DNA from: the human T2T-CHM13v2.0 reference genome, Homo sapiens
Reading direction: 5' to 3' (one strand)
NCBI RefSeq assembly: GCF_009914755.1
Contig: NC_060927.1
DNA length: 64,000 nt
Shown here: positions 1 to 16,588 of the stretch, one piece after another
Position numbering within the stretch: the first letter of the stretch is position 1
Layout of the letters: each line of letters begins with the position of its first letter
Program-made: the position numbers and the translations under genes
The notes under the pieces: generated by a model
Told to the model about the DNA's origin: nothing
What the model saw: the letters and a program-made list of their open reading frames with translations, nothing else
Database searches by the model: none

Positions 1-633
1 TGTGAAATTCAGAGCAGGCTTTGTTTGCCTTATGCGAGAACACATGCCTCCAAGAAGGAGCCTGTGCAGACAAGCAGCTTGAGGATTGGGAAAGAACTGA
101 CTCTGAAAAGGCATTTTCATTTGTCACGTAGGTGTCACATGTGGGGGAACCACTCAAGACCCATGTTTTTCGTCATCCCTCTTTTTGCAGGTAGTGCTCA
201 GATAGCCCTCCCTGCACTCTGTCTTTTTTGGATTACTTTCCTTAGAACATTGCTCTCTGCACGTTCACGTCCAATTATTGTTAATCCAGTCACTGGGGTG
301 ATAGAGTGAGTGTGTGAGGCATTATCTGCTCCCATGAGTTTGCTTACTGGTGTCCTGTTACCTTTTTTTTTTTAATGCTATATCCAGAATTTGGAGCTTA
401 TAAAGCAAGCACAAGTTAGGGGTTGGTTTGTTCTCTCTACCTTAAATCTCAAGATCAGCAGTTTTTGAAATGACCTCATGCTCGTGGTTTCCAAACCTGC
501 ACTGGACTTCTCTGGCGATTTGTGAACAGGAGGGACATGCCCAGTTTGTGACAGGAAGTGATGTGACTCCAGGCTCTGCAAAAGATTCCTTCAGGTCTGG
601 TGACCTGGAGACTGTAGCGTTTTCGTGGCCTGA

Positions 634-982
<349 letters not shown>

Positions 983-1809
983 TGCGATCTGACTCCTTGT
1001 ACCTGCCCCATCTTAGCTCCGACTCTGCCCTCAGGAGCTGGTCAGTCTGCTCTCTCTGGATGAAAACTGCCCAATGATTATGGAAGGCAGTCGTGCCCAC
1101 CCCATCCCTAACCTGTCTTTTCTGTTTCAAGATGAATAGCTCAATTCCTCCAACCCTTCCTCTAGGACATGGTTTTAAGTCTCTGCCCTGTCATCTGATC
1201 TGCAGCAATGACTTGTTTCTCGTCCAGACACCTCATCTCCTTCCCTAGCCTCTTCTCTTCCTCCTCCTCTCCTCTGGGTAGCCCTGAAGCCACTCCTGGA
1301 GGGGCCCTTGGATCTCTGAAGGAAGGCCAGGTGGGCTACACTGAATAACAACCTAACTACTACCCCTCAACCTCACCCCCACCCCAGGAAAAGTAAGTCT
1401 TTTTCTAACGATCCACCAGATTAGGGTTACATTTAACAGTAACTAGAAAGGTTAATTTTAACCTTAATCAGAAAGATTAATTTCTGTCCTTTCAGTCTTC
1501 TTTCTGTGCTCATAAATAAGCATTGTTTCTTTTAATCAACCTGGGCAGTATCTTTCTCATTTTAACAGTTGTCTAGAGCTCAGTTGTCCCAGCATTTATT
1601 TCACTGGTCCCTGATGGATGGAGGGTGGTGTTGCTTCAGTGTTTGGGCAGTGCAGACGATGTTGAGATTCACATTCGGTCTCGTCTCTTTGTTGTTATAG
1701 GATAAGTTCTCAAAGGTGGGATTCCTAGATCCAAGGCTTCTGACACACACACTGCTGATTGAACCTCAGTGGCAGTGTTTGAGTGCACCTGTTCCTCACT
1801 CCCATTTCA

Positions 1810-1906
1810 CCTTTATTCACATGTTGATTCACTCAGCATTTAGTGAGTGCCTATTATGTGCCAGGCCTTCCTTCAGTGCTGGGGCCCTTCAGCAATCAAG
1901 GCAGAT
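1810..1906 (-). mobile_element. L2 3'-end remnant
   Basis: attcactcagcatttagtgagtgcctattatgtgccaggc resembles the reverse complement of the L2 3' terminus. Confidence 0.55.
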
Positions 1907-1922
1907 AAAGATTGCTGTTGTG

Positions 1923-2090
1923 AGCCATGTGTGGTAGTGTGCACCTGTAGTCTTAGCTACTTGGGAGGCTGAGGTGGGAGGATTGCGTGATCCCGGAGTT
2001 CTAGGCTGCCGTGAGCTATGATCATGCCACTGCACTCCAGCCTGGGTGACAGAGTGAGACCCCACCTATATATCTCTTAAAAAAAAAAAA
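1923..2090 (+). mobile_element. free right Alu monomer (FRAM-like)
   Basis: single Alu arm with poly(A); TSD aaagattgctgttgtg at 1907-1922 and 2088-2103. Confidence 0.85.
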
Positions 2091-2512
2091 GATTGCTGTT
2101 GTGGGCTTTGTGTCTAAGGCAGGGCACAGAGAGTGAACATAACCTCACCCCCTTCTTTTCCATTACTGCCTTTGTCTTTCTTTGCTGTATATCCTTGGTG
2201 TCTTGTCTTGGCCTCCTTGATTCTCTGCACTCTCGGAAGTGCCTGACAGTGGAGGGATGTTTGGACCCCTTCAGGGAAGAGACTTCACAGCTCAAATCAG
2301 CGGCCCTGCTAACAGAGACTTCACCCCGTGACCCCTATGACCTTCTCCTCTTAGGGCCTCCTGAGCGCTCAGCTCCCCTGCTCCTGCCTCCACCCTAGGG
2401 TGTGGGTGGGGGTTGGAGGTGGGGGCTCTGCGCCTGCCTGGAGAGCCCTGTGGTTTGCTTTGTGGTTCCCATGTGGCCGCCAGCTAACCAGAAGCTCCCC
2501 TCCCATTCTCAG

Positions 2513-2553
2513 CGTCGCTGGCAGGCATGAGACTGGAGGAAGGTGACATTGCG
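2513..2553 (+). CDS. XYLB: XYLB 41-bp coding exon: (A)SLAGMRLEEGDIA
   Basis: ttctcag|CG acceptor, GCG|gtaagg donor; phase 1 matches the preceding exon. Confidence 0.95.
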
Positions 2554-2605
2554 GTAAGGCGACTTCCCACACCCATAGGCTCTTTCTGTTTCCACACTCA
2601 CACCC

Positions 2606-2699
2606 ACACTCTGATAAGTAGCAGAGGTGCTGCTGAGACCCAGATCCCAGGGTCCCAGGGTCTGGGTCCCAGCAGGATCTCTGCTACTTATCAGAGTGT
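2606..2699. repeat. inverted repeat, 94-nt hairpin
   Basis: 21-bp perfect outer arms (2606-2626 and 2679-2699); 42-bp stem overall; 10-nt loop. Confidence 0.95.
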
Positions 2700-3014
2700 C
2701 TGCCGGTTCCAAAAGACAGTGGAGGGAGGGGATGGGGGCGCACATCTTTCTCAGAAAGTCATTGTTCTTTGCTAGATGGGCAGGACCCCTGCCTGCTTCA
2801 CAGTGGCCAGTCTTAGTGCATGCAGTGGCAGAGGGTCAGATGTGGGGCCAAAGGGCTGTGAGCAGCGCAGATGAATAAGGAAGACATAACCCAGACATTC
2901 CTACTTCTAGTGGGAAAGTCATATGGGGAACCAGCCATCACCCAAACCATTATTTAGATGCAGTTGTGGGAAATCAGCACAGAAGATCCATGAGATCTGC
3001 ATCTGGGGAGCTAA

Positions 3015-3311
<297 letters not shown>

Positions 3312-3504
3312 TGAGCTTGGGTGTTGGTTGGCACCATTCCCTGGGTGAGGAGGTGTGGGCAGGTCTGGCACCATCTTGAGGACCCCAAGTCATTCCACTA
3401 AGCTCTGGAATGACTCCCTCCACTTTCCCGGGCTCTGCTGGGCAACTGAGACCCCCAAGGACTCACCAGCTCTTGCTGACAGCAGAGCTGGGTGGGGAAT
3501 AACC

Positions 3505-3690
3505 CAAGACCCTGTGTCCTTCAAGCCCAGGTTCAAATTCTATCCTCACCAGCTATATCCTGTGTGACCTTGGGCAAACTCTGTAGTGTGGCATGTCTGA
3601 GCCACACTTTCCTCATGAGATGGGGAGGGTAAGAGCATTTACCTCACATTGTTACTGTGACCCGTCTGGCATGTGGTGGACCCTCAGCAA
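3505..3690 (+). mobile_element. MIR remnant
   Basis: ggttcaaattc...tgtgtgaccttgggcaa...tttcctcat core. Confidence 0.65.
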
Positions 3691-4105
3691 ATGGCGGGAA
3701 GGACATCCTGCCTCCCGACGGCTCTCATGGAAGGGACATGCTCTGTGCTCTGACCACAGGCCTTTGGAGACCTGTCCAAAGCTCCTGAGGGAAATGGTTT
3801 CTGAGCTCCTAAGCCCTAAGAACCATTGGAGAATGTGGCTAGTTAATCTAGCCCTCCCTGCCTCATTGTGCCCATGGTAGAATGTGCAGAAACCCAAGCT
3901 CCCTCTCTCTACCTGGGGCTCCTCTGCGTCAGCCTCCTGTGTAAACAGCCCAAGACAAGGGCGTTTCCGGCACCTCCCAGGGACATTCAGGGGCCTGAAT
4001 CTGAGGAAGAGCCTCCGATACCTAAGTTTCAAAGCCTGCTGTGCACTGACTAGGGGTCGTGGTCCAGCCTGACCTGCAGTTCCTCTGCCTGAGTCTCTTC
4101 ACTGA

Positions 4106-4459
<354 letters not shown>

Positions 4460-4946
4460 TGAGCAAGGGTGGGGCTGTAAGGCTGTCCTTGGCTTCTGCT
4501 CTGAGCAGAACATCAGGCCATAGCTATGTCTTCTGTCCCCACCAAGCCCCTGGTGACAGCATCAGAGAGGGCAGCCTCTACCCTGGTGCATCCCCGTTCA
4601 CAGCCTCTGCCCCAGGCACAAGGAAAAGTCCCCAGTGTCTGGGCAGGCCTGAGCAGGGAGGGTCTGTGCCTCCCTTGGTCAAACCTGTTTTGATATTTTA
4701 GGATTGGCTGGGCAGCTGCTTCCTATTCCAGGCTGCCAAGTGAGAGCAGGAAGAGTTGTCTTTGAGAAAAGCTAGCTCAGGGCTCCCTGGTTCCCTTCTA
4801 TCCTGTTGGAGAGAAGGAACTGAGAATATTCACAGGTCTCATCTGGGGGATGAAAGAGCCAGGGGACCCAGGGATATGGGGTCATTTTGTCCTGTTCTAA
4901 GTCTGTTAAGAAGCTGATCTTTTGTTTTTTGACTAATGACGGCTGA

Positions 4947-5084
<138 letters not shown>

Positions 5085-5434
5085 TGAGTGTAAAATTTAA
5101 CAATTGCCTATCAAATTATGTTACTTTTAGGGACTTCATTCATTCACTCATCCATTAATATCATACACACTTGTGGTGTGCCAGGGTGCATTCTAGATCC
5201 TGGGGAATCTGCAGGACCTAAGACAGACACGGTCCTTTCCCTCAGGGAGGAATGCAGAAAACCTGAGAGTTCTCTTCCTATTTAACAAATGCTAACACTA
5301 TCATTGTGTATCACAGAACTTATTTCCTTGGCGAGTTTTATCCTATACCCATCAAGAACCCATGGATCTTGAGATCATGAATTTCCTCCTGGTTGAAAGA
5401 GCTGCTGAGCCCAGGAGGTACTAACGTTTATTGA

Positions 5435-5791
<357 letters not shown>

Positions 5792-6337
5792 ATCATTTAC
5801 TTTTCAAAGCAATAGGCACTATTGTTCCTCTTTCTAGATGGAGAGGTTGAGACTCAGAGGCTCAGGCTAAATAATCTGCCCAGAGTCACAAGCAAGGTCA
5901 TAGATGGTGGAGGGGGCTCAAACCCATTCCTCTCTGGCTCTGAAGCTGCTGTTTTCTTTCTCCTCCACAATGTGACCTTTCTCGGGAAGGATTTAGTTGG
6001 TTCTTGCTCCTCAAAATTGACATTGCTGCTGGAGAGTCACTGGAGAGTCATCACCACATTTTGGGTTGTACCTGAGAGATGTTTCTGACCCCAGTAAATG
6101 GGGGGTTTATGTAAGACACTCTGTCTGGAAACTGTAACTGTCAGAGCTGGCGTTGGATTCAGTGGCAGATGATGGCACTACATGTTGGATTATGAATGGA
6201 AAGCTTTGTATAAAGTAGGAAGTTCATCTCAATCTTCTGATGGAGGATCAGTTTGGTTTCTTTTGTTAGAGTGAGAAGCTATGCCTGTTCTCTTTCATGC
6301 ATATCAATCCTAGATTTGTCAAGGAGAAAGTAGTGTT

Positions 6338-6700
6338 CTTCATTCATTCATTCAACCAGCAGATATGTATGATTGGTGCCAGGCACCGGGGACACAAAGG
6401 AGAACAAAACATTGGTGGCCCTTGCTCCCCAGAGCCTGCTGTCTAGGAGGGAGAGGGACAGTAGACGACTGAATGAGCACGTACATGAATGCAGCAGGTG
6501 CTAAGGCTAGGTGGCAGAAGAACAGAGTGCCGCAAAGGAAAGCAGCTGGTGGGCGGGTTGGAGACTTACCCTGGGTGGGGTGATCAAGCCTGGGCGTCTC
6601 TGAGAAGGTGGCCTTTAGGTTGAGACCTGAAAGTACTCAGGATCTCACCATGGAAAGAGTAGGATAGACTTTCAGGCAGAGGGAGCAGCTTGGGAACTAG
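6338..6700 (-). mobile_element. L2 remnant
   Basis: (ttca)n terminus followed by L2-like tgccaggcac...ggggacaca. Confidence 0.55.
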
Positions 6701-7217
6701 AAGAAGGTCAGTAAGGTTAGAGTGTAGCTGTTTATGAGGGGGATGGCGGCAGGTTCTAGCATTGGTCTCAGGTGCCAGAGAAGCAGGAGTGAGCCTGGGG
6801 TTGATGCCCATCAGTGCTAGCTTGAAGGACATGCCACAGGGGTGGGATCTCAGCGTAAGCTCGTGGCTCTCACTTATCTAGTATGTACTGCATTTTCCAG
6901 GCTCTGTTGTCTAATCTGATCATTGCAACAACCCTAAAAAACAGGCGCCACTATTACCTCTGTTTTGTTAAGAAAAAGAATGATAGCAAGACTAATGTAA
7001 CTTATTGAAGATTGCAGAGCTGAATGGTAGACAGAACTTGAACTCTCAGCTGCCTGAGACTAAGTTCTGTAATGTCTCTTGACTCTCTTCAAAGTGACAT
7101 GCATGTGAGGCTGTGAGCTTGTGTGCTTGAGTAGTGTGTTTGTGTGAGTGTGTGTGACAGGCAAAGATAGTGGTTAAAGAGCCCAGCTATGAGTTTCAAA
7201 TCTGGGCTGTTGTTTAA

Positions 7218-7403
<186 letters not shown>

Positions 7404-7879
7404 TGAGCCACTGGCAGCATGTGTCCCGGGGTGGGGGCTCAGGGCCAGCTCACTCGCAGGGGCCAGGGCTAGTGGGGCAATATCTACTAAAGTTTTCTTA
7501 CAGGGGGACTTGTGCAGGAGGGAGGTGGAGCCTGACCTCAGGGATGGGGTGAGAAAGTGTCAATTGGCACTTGTAGGCAAGCATAGAATAGCAGACAGGT
7601 TGTTCCCGCTTCTCAGCTGTGTCCACAATAGCCTGACCTTTTGGCCAGGACCTGTAAGACTTGGGAATGGTCTTTCTGAAACCCTAAGCTCCAAGCTGCA
7701 GATGAGCTGTCCTGAGCTCTGGACTGCAAAGACATAGGCAGTGCAAGGTCTGGGGACATGAATGGATCTTGGCCTTCTAGCCTGGCCAGGTCCCATTGCC
7801 TGTGGGACACAGTCTGGGTCTTTCAGCTTGGACAGGGAAGAGGGGGATGTAGTACCACTGTCAAAACTCGGAAGACTGA

Positions 7880-8305
7880 TGTCTTAGTTCATTTTCTGTT
7901 GCCTATAACAGAATACCTGTTCCTGGGTAATTTATAAGGAAAAGAAATTTATTTCTTACAGTTATGGAGGCTGAGAAGTCCAAGGTTGAGGGGCCATATC
8001 TGAAGAGGGCCTGCTTGCTAGTAGGGCTCTCTGCAGAGTCCTGAGGAGGTAGAGGGCATCACATGGTGAGGGAGCTGAGTGTGCTGGCTCAGGTCTCCCT
8101 TCCTCTTCTCAGAAAGCCACCAGTCCCGTTCCCACGATAACCCGTTAATCCATTAACCTGTTACTTTGTTAACCCATGAATGGATTAATCCACTCATAAA
8201 GCCCTCATGACCCAATCTCCTTAAAGGTCCCATCTTTCAATATGTCATGTTGGAGATAAAGCTTCAACATGAGTTTTGGAGGGGACACATATTCAAACCA
8301 TAGCA
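7880..8305 (-). mobile_element. MaLR solo LTR (MSTC/MLT1A-like)
   Basis: tgtcttagttc...caaaccatagca termini; flanks actga and actgg. Confidence 0.8.
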
Positions 8306-9044
8306 ACTGGCATGGAGAGGGCAGACCCAGGGCCGGGGGAGGCAAAAGGAGGAGAAGGGGATTTCTGACAACTTGAGCTGTAGAATAATCAGCATTAGGA
8401 TGTCAGTGAGTTCCCCTTACAGGTGGCGTTGGAATGGTCTAAGGGTCTGTAAGGAGGTTGGACTGGCCGCCTATAGAGTCCAGGTTTCTAAGATGTATTT
8501 GTCTCTCTGGGCTATAGCTGTTGTCATTAGAGAAGATAGTGAAGCTGCTTTGCTTGAGGGCCTTCCTATGATACTCTATGGACAATCCAAGTTCTATGTA
8601 ATATATATTTTATACCTTTGAATCAACTGAGTAAAAGGATACTATAAAAATACCTATTAGGGAAACCTCTTAGAAAACCTGTTAGACAGCATCTGCTAAA
8701 GCTGAATATACGCCTACCCAGCAATCTCATTTCTAAGTAAAGGCACAACAGGAATTTTTGCATGTGTTTACTAAAGATGTACAGGAGAACATTCATTGCA
8801 GTACTATGCTGAATAGCCCCACAGTGGAAGTGGCCCAGTGCCCATTAATAGTAGACAGAAAAAATGCATTGTGGTGCATTTGTACAACAGGATACTACAC
8901 ACAAATGAAAATGAACCAGCCTCAGTGATACACAATGAAATGGGTGAATCTCACCAAATGTAACACTGAGCAAAAGAGGCCAAACATGGACATACATATG
9001 GCAGGGGTCTCTGTACATCAAATTCAAAAGCAGATGGCACTACA

Positions 9045-10381
9045 GGCCAGGCACAGTGGCTCACACCTGTAATCTCCACATTTTGGGAGGCCGAGGCAGG
9101 TGGATTGCTTGAGTCCAGGAGTTCGAGACCAGACTGGGCAACATGGTGTGTTGCGGGAAGTCAGGGACCCCAAACGGAGGGACTGGCTGAAGCCATGGCA
9201 GAAGAATGTGGATTGTGAAGATTTCATGGACATTTATTAGTTCCCCAAATTAATACTTTTATAATTTCTTACACCTGTCTTTACTGCAATCTCTAAACAT
9301 AAATTGTAAAGATTTCATGGACACTTATCACTTCCCCAATCAATACCCTTGTGATTTCCTATGCCTGTCTTTACTTTAATCTCTTGATCCTGTCAGCTGA
9401 GGAGGATATATCGCCTCAGGACCCTGTAATAATTGCATTAACTGCACAAATTGTACAGCATGTGTGTTTGAGCAATGTGAAGTATGGGCACCTTGAAAAA
9501 AGAACAGGATAACAGCAATTGTTCAGGGAATAAGAGAGATAACCTTAAACTCTGACTGCTGGTGAGCTGGGCAGAACAGAACCATGTTTCTCTTCCTTCA
9601 AAAGCAAATGGGAAAAATATCGCTGAATTCTTTTTCTCAGCATGGAACATCCCTGAAAAAGAGAATGTGCGCCTGCGGGTAGGTCTCTGAACTGGCCCCC
9701 CTGGGCGTAGCCTGTCTCTTATGGTTGAGGCTGCAGAGATGAAATAAACTCCAGTCTCCCATAGTGCTCCCAGGCTTATTAGGAAGAGGAAATTCCCACC
9801 TAATACATTTTGGTCAGACTGGTTGATCCCAAAACCCTGTCTCCTGATAAGATGTTACCAATGACAATGGTGCCCGAAACTTCATTAGCAATTTTAATTT
9901 CACCTCGGTCCTGTGGTCCTGTGATCTCACCCTGCCTCCACTTGCCTTGTGATATTCTATTATCCTGTTAAGTACTTGATGTCTGTCACCCACACCTATT
10001 CGCACACTCCCTCCCCTTTTGAAAATCCCTAATAAAAACTTGCTGGTTTTTGTGGCTTGTGGGGCATCACGGATCCTACCAACGTGGGATGTCTCCCCCA
10101 GACACCCAGCTTTAAAATTTCTCTCTTTTGTACTCTGTCCCTTTGTTTCTCAAGCCAGCCGATGCTTAGGAAAAATGGAAAAGAACCTACGTGATTATCG
10201 GGGCAGGTTCCCCGATAATGGTGAAACCCCTTCTCTACAAAAAATACGAAAATTAGCCAGGCGTGGTGGCACATGCCTGTAGTCCCAGCTACTCAGGAGA
10301 CTGAGGTGGGAGGATCGCTTAAGCCTAGGAGGTTGAGGCTGCAGTGAGCCATGAGACCCTGTCTCAAAAAAAATAAAAAAA
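9045..10381 (+). mobile_element. AluJ-like element split by an LTR (9045-9148 and 10218-10381)
   Basis: left arm ends caacatggtg and resumes atggtgaaacccc; flanking TSD aaaagcagatg. Confidence 0.9.
9149..10217 (+). mobile_element. MER11 solo LTR (HERV-K11/HML-8), 1069 bp
   Basis: starts tgttgcgggaagtcagggacccc, ends ttccccgata; AATAAA at 10031; perfect 6-bp TSD atggtg (9143-9148, 10218-10223). Confidence 0.9.
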
Positions 10382-11139
10382 GCAGATGAAACTATTTACT
10401 ATTGTTGGAAGTCGGGATAATTAGTAGTTACCTTTCAGAAGGGGCCTGTGGGGTGCTGTCAATGTTCTGTTTCATGTTCCATGGGTGTGTTTAGTTTTTA
10501 AAAATTTATGAACATTATAGGCTTATGATGTGTGCATTTTTCAGGATGTGTGTTCTAGGTCAATACAAGATTTTAACATGTGTAAAATGACCACCATGAG
10601 CATTCTGATTGCCCTCATCCCACCACCCTAAGTGTAAAAAGACGTTTCCTAAAGGTCTGCAAAGACTTCCAAGTTCCCTGAAAATGAGACTGGGTGAGCA
10701 GGGCAGGGTTGGTGCTGGAGTTGGTGGAGTGCCTGGCAGGGGTCCTCCGACTGTCAGAAGAGAACCCCAGGGAACGGAACAGCCCAGCATACAGGGAGAA
10801 GCAGTTAGGGCAAAAGGCCCCCATGGGCTCAGGAGGAGCTGATGGGATTGTGGCATTATTCCCAGCCTCTAAGGCATTTCTTGTGCAAAACAGCATAGAG
10901 TTACTTATCCTCTTAGCAAGCTTAAATGCAGAATCAGACCTGTCTTGCCGCTCTGCTGAGTGATCACTTAAATAGACATACTTGGAACCAACAGAGGTTG
11001 CACGCACGTGAGGACTCATTCTCCAGGCTGCTGTGTGGACTGGCCAGCTCTTTCGTTCTTGCCCAGACATCATCTCATTTGGCTTTAATAGTGTCTAAGG
11101 GCAATAAAGAGGCACTTTGAATAAAAATGATTATTGTGA

Positions 11140-11370
11140 TACTAACAGCTGCCAGCATTTGTTGGGCACTGAGTGTGTGCCCGGCCCAGTTCCTTAGCAA
11201 TTAATCTTTATTAACAACAGTACCGCTGAAGTAGGTACTGATATGATTCCCACTTCACAACCGAGGAAACCAAATCTTGCAGTGGTTAAATAACTTGGTC
11301 AGGGCTGGCAGAGCTGGGATCTGAACCAAGCCAGTCTGGCTCCAGATGCTGGATTCTCAACCACTGGCTG
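11140..11370 (-). mobile_element. MIR remnant
   Basis: gaggaaac...ggttaaataacttggtcaggg...gagctgggatctgaacc core. Confidence 0.6.
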
Positions 11371-11559
11371 AACCTGCTTTTTTTAAGGAACAATCGCCCT
11401 CTTGATGTTTATAGACACCATCAGACATGATAGAAACCAGCTGGGCAGGGCTAATAAGCCATAGTTTTCAGTTTATATTTCAGTGTGTTTCATGTTGTTT
11501 AGGTTGATTGTAAAAACAGTCAAATCTTGTAATAACAAGTTTGAAAAATAAAGAAAATG

Positions 11560-11860
11560 GGCCTGGTGCTCACACCTGTAATCCCAGCACTTTGGGAGGT
11601 GGAGGCGGGAGGATCACTTGAGCCCAGGAGTTTGAGACTGGCAACAGAGAGACCATATCTTCACAAATAATAATAATTATAAATATCCCAGTATAGTGGC
11701 ATGTGCTTGTGGTCCCAGCTACTGGGGGTGGGGTGGCAGGGGTGGCAGGAGGCCGGGGGGATCGCTGGAGCCTGGGAGGTCAAGGCTGCAATGAGCTGTG
11801 ATTGCACCACTTCACTCTAGCCTGGGCGACAGAGCGAGACCATGTCTCAAAAAAATAAAG
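11560..11860 (+). mobile_element. Alu (J-like)
   Basis: dimer with A-tail; TSD aaaaataaag(g)aaaatg. Confidence 0.88.
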
Positions 11861-12045
11861 GAAAATGACTCATAATCCCATCCCCTCTCTCCAACCACTG
11901 GTATCATTTAGGGACATTTTCTCCCAGTCTCCTTTATGAGCTTATTTCCATACAGCCATAGTTTTGTTCCTTTGTACCTTATATGCAAAGGGTGTATACA
12001 AGAACCAAAGTTTGTCAGAAGTCATCTTTGTGGTGCTGCGTATGA

Positions 12046-12467
<422 letters not shown>

Positions 12468-13012
12468 TAGCTTGAATTATTTCCCCAGGAGGATGGCAGT
12501 CCTTCTCTCTTCCCAGACACTGTCTTCACGGCCAGCGATGAAGATGGGAGAAGCTGAGAGGTGGGGGCTGAATGTCTTCTTCTGGACAGAGCCAAGGGGC
12601 TGGATGGAAAGCAGCAGGTCTTAAAAACAACTATTTGTTTTAAAATACATAACGAATGGATGTCTTTTTATCACAAAAGATTCATGCAAAACAGAAATAT
12701 GGAATAAGAAGCAAATGCCCCCTTCATATGCCTCCCAGACTCCTTTCCAGACTGTGACTTCCTTCCTGTGAGTTTCTGTGTTAGATTGAATCATACGGAA
12801 TTGCCAATATTGAAGAAGTTTTGATTTACAAAAATGGCAATTTCATATGGTTCGACCTGACACGTGTGTGTGTGTATATATTTAACAGAAATGCTATTAC
12901 ATTCTATGTGTTATTCTGAGACTTGCTTTCCATAACAGTATGTACAGGTCTACCTTTTTGTTTTCTAATGACTGGCATGAGGTCTGATAAATTATTTTAT
13001 AGCCCTAGTTGA

Positions 13013-13321
<309 letters not shown>

Positions 13322-13910
13322 TAACCTCCACTTTCACCATCTCATTCTATGCCCTATACCCTTGTCCCTAGTTCATTCTTGTTTGTGTATTTTTTTTCCC
13401 TTGAGCATGTTAGCTAAAGGTTGGTATATTTTATTAAGCAATGTTAATATTTTGTTTTGTGCTCCCTTTTATTAATTTCTAATTTTATCTTTTTAAATGC
13501 TTTCCTTCTACTTTATGAATTTTTTCTTTTTCTGTATTTTTAAGTTGAAATTTTAGCTCATTTATTCCTATCCTGTATTAACTTCTAATTTATGCATTTC
13601 AGAATGCTACATGTTAACTTTATTTACATAACATATCTTTCATTTCTAAAAAGATAGTAATTTTCATCTTTTTCTGCATCAGTGAGTGGTCCTTCAAACT
13701 GGCCCCTCGTCCTTTTGACATATCTTCCATCATTCCTTGAGCATTTCCATAGCTTCTAGTATAAAAAAAGTTTCAGGCTCATCTTGTTTTTTCCTTGGAT
13801 CAGCCTTGTAATCTTCCATTTATCCAAGGGGCCCTGACTTCTCTGAGTGGGAGAGATGTTTGGATGCTCTCTCTGGATGCTCATTGCTACTGGGATGATG
13901 CTGTTCCCAG

Positions 13911-14000
13911 CCCCTTTCAGTGGGCTGAGCTGGGAATATGTAAGGATATATAACAACCCCTTTCAGTGGGCTGAGCTGGGAAATATTAGGATATATATAT
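13911..14000 (+). repeat. 46-bp-period tandem duplication in an old L1M segment
   Basis: cccctttcagtgggctgagctgggaa at 13911 and 13957. Confidence 0.85.
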
Positions 14001-14449
14001 ACATATCCAAATATATATATGTCTGTATCAATACACACGTTACCTTTCTATTTGTCTGTCTGTCTACTTCTCCATGTGTTGAAAAACATGAGTTCAACCC
14101 TATACACTCTACTTCCAGTCCAACACCATGGGGTTCATTCTGGCTTTCTTCCTTCCCATATTTGTATCTTATCCTAACAGTGACAAAGTTGATTCTTCTG
14201 ACCCCTCCAGATTGCTGCCTCCTTGACATGCAAGCCCCATTTTGGCTTCTCTGCTTACCCTTACCTGTGTTGTCTCTGTGTCGTCTCTCCAGCAGCCTCT
14301 TGAATCTGCCCCACTCTGGTTATGTACTTACATGTGGCCCTTGAGCCACTTCTGTTTGCCTATTTAATGGCTTTTTAGAGAAGGAAGAAGAAAAAAGAAA
14401 GGTAGGAAGGTAGACAGGCAATAAATATTTTTAAAGGGAAGGGTCCATT

Positions 14450-16200
<1,751 letters not shown>

Positions 16201-16284
16201 GTGGTGGTTTTTTTTTGTTTTGTTTTTTTTTTTTTTTTACTTTTATCATTTAATTTTTATTTTTAAAAATGTATATAGTAAAAA

Positions 16285-16588
16285 AGCTGGGTTGCGGAGA
16301 TGTCGGTCAGTGGATTAAAAATTTTGGTTAGGGTACAGGAACATATTCAAGAGATTTATTGTACAACATGGTGATGATAGTTTATAACAGTGTATTGTAT
16401 TCGTCAAAATTGCCAAGAGATTTTAGGTGTTCTCACCACAAAAGATAAGTATGTGAAGTAATGCATAAGTTAATTAGCTCAATTTAGTCATTCCACAATA
16501 TATACATATTTCAAAACATGTTGTATAGGATAAATATGTGCAATTTTTATTGTCAATTTAAATAAGTAACAAAATAAGTAAAAAAAAG
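16285..16588 (+). mobile_element. L1MA 3'-end fragment inside the transduced segment
   Basis: ttcaagagatttattgtacaacatggtga...tgttctcaccacaaaa...aatttttattgtcaattt. Confidence 0.7.

Larger units (their letters stand above)
8680..10580 (+). mobile_element. old L1M 3'-end remnant hosting the Alu/MER11 nest
   Basis: acccagcaat..., tgggtgaatctca...tgagcaaaagaggcca motifs; similar sequence resumes after 10381. Confidence 0.6.

Noticed and set aside
10615-11073. 152-aa minus-strand ORF and a cacgcacgtg E-box/XRE-like motif
   Set aside because: No recognisable protein family or splice support; a single short motif is expected by chance.
13847-14344. 165-aa hydrophobic ORF resembling a membrane protein
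   Set aside because: Lies in T-rich antisense L1M sequence and includes the 46-bp duplication; hydrophobicity is compositional.
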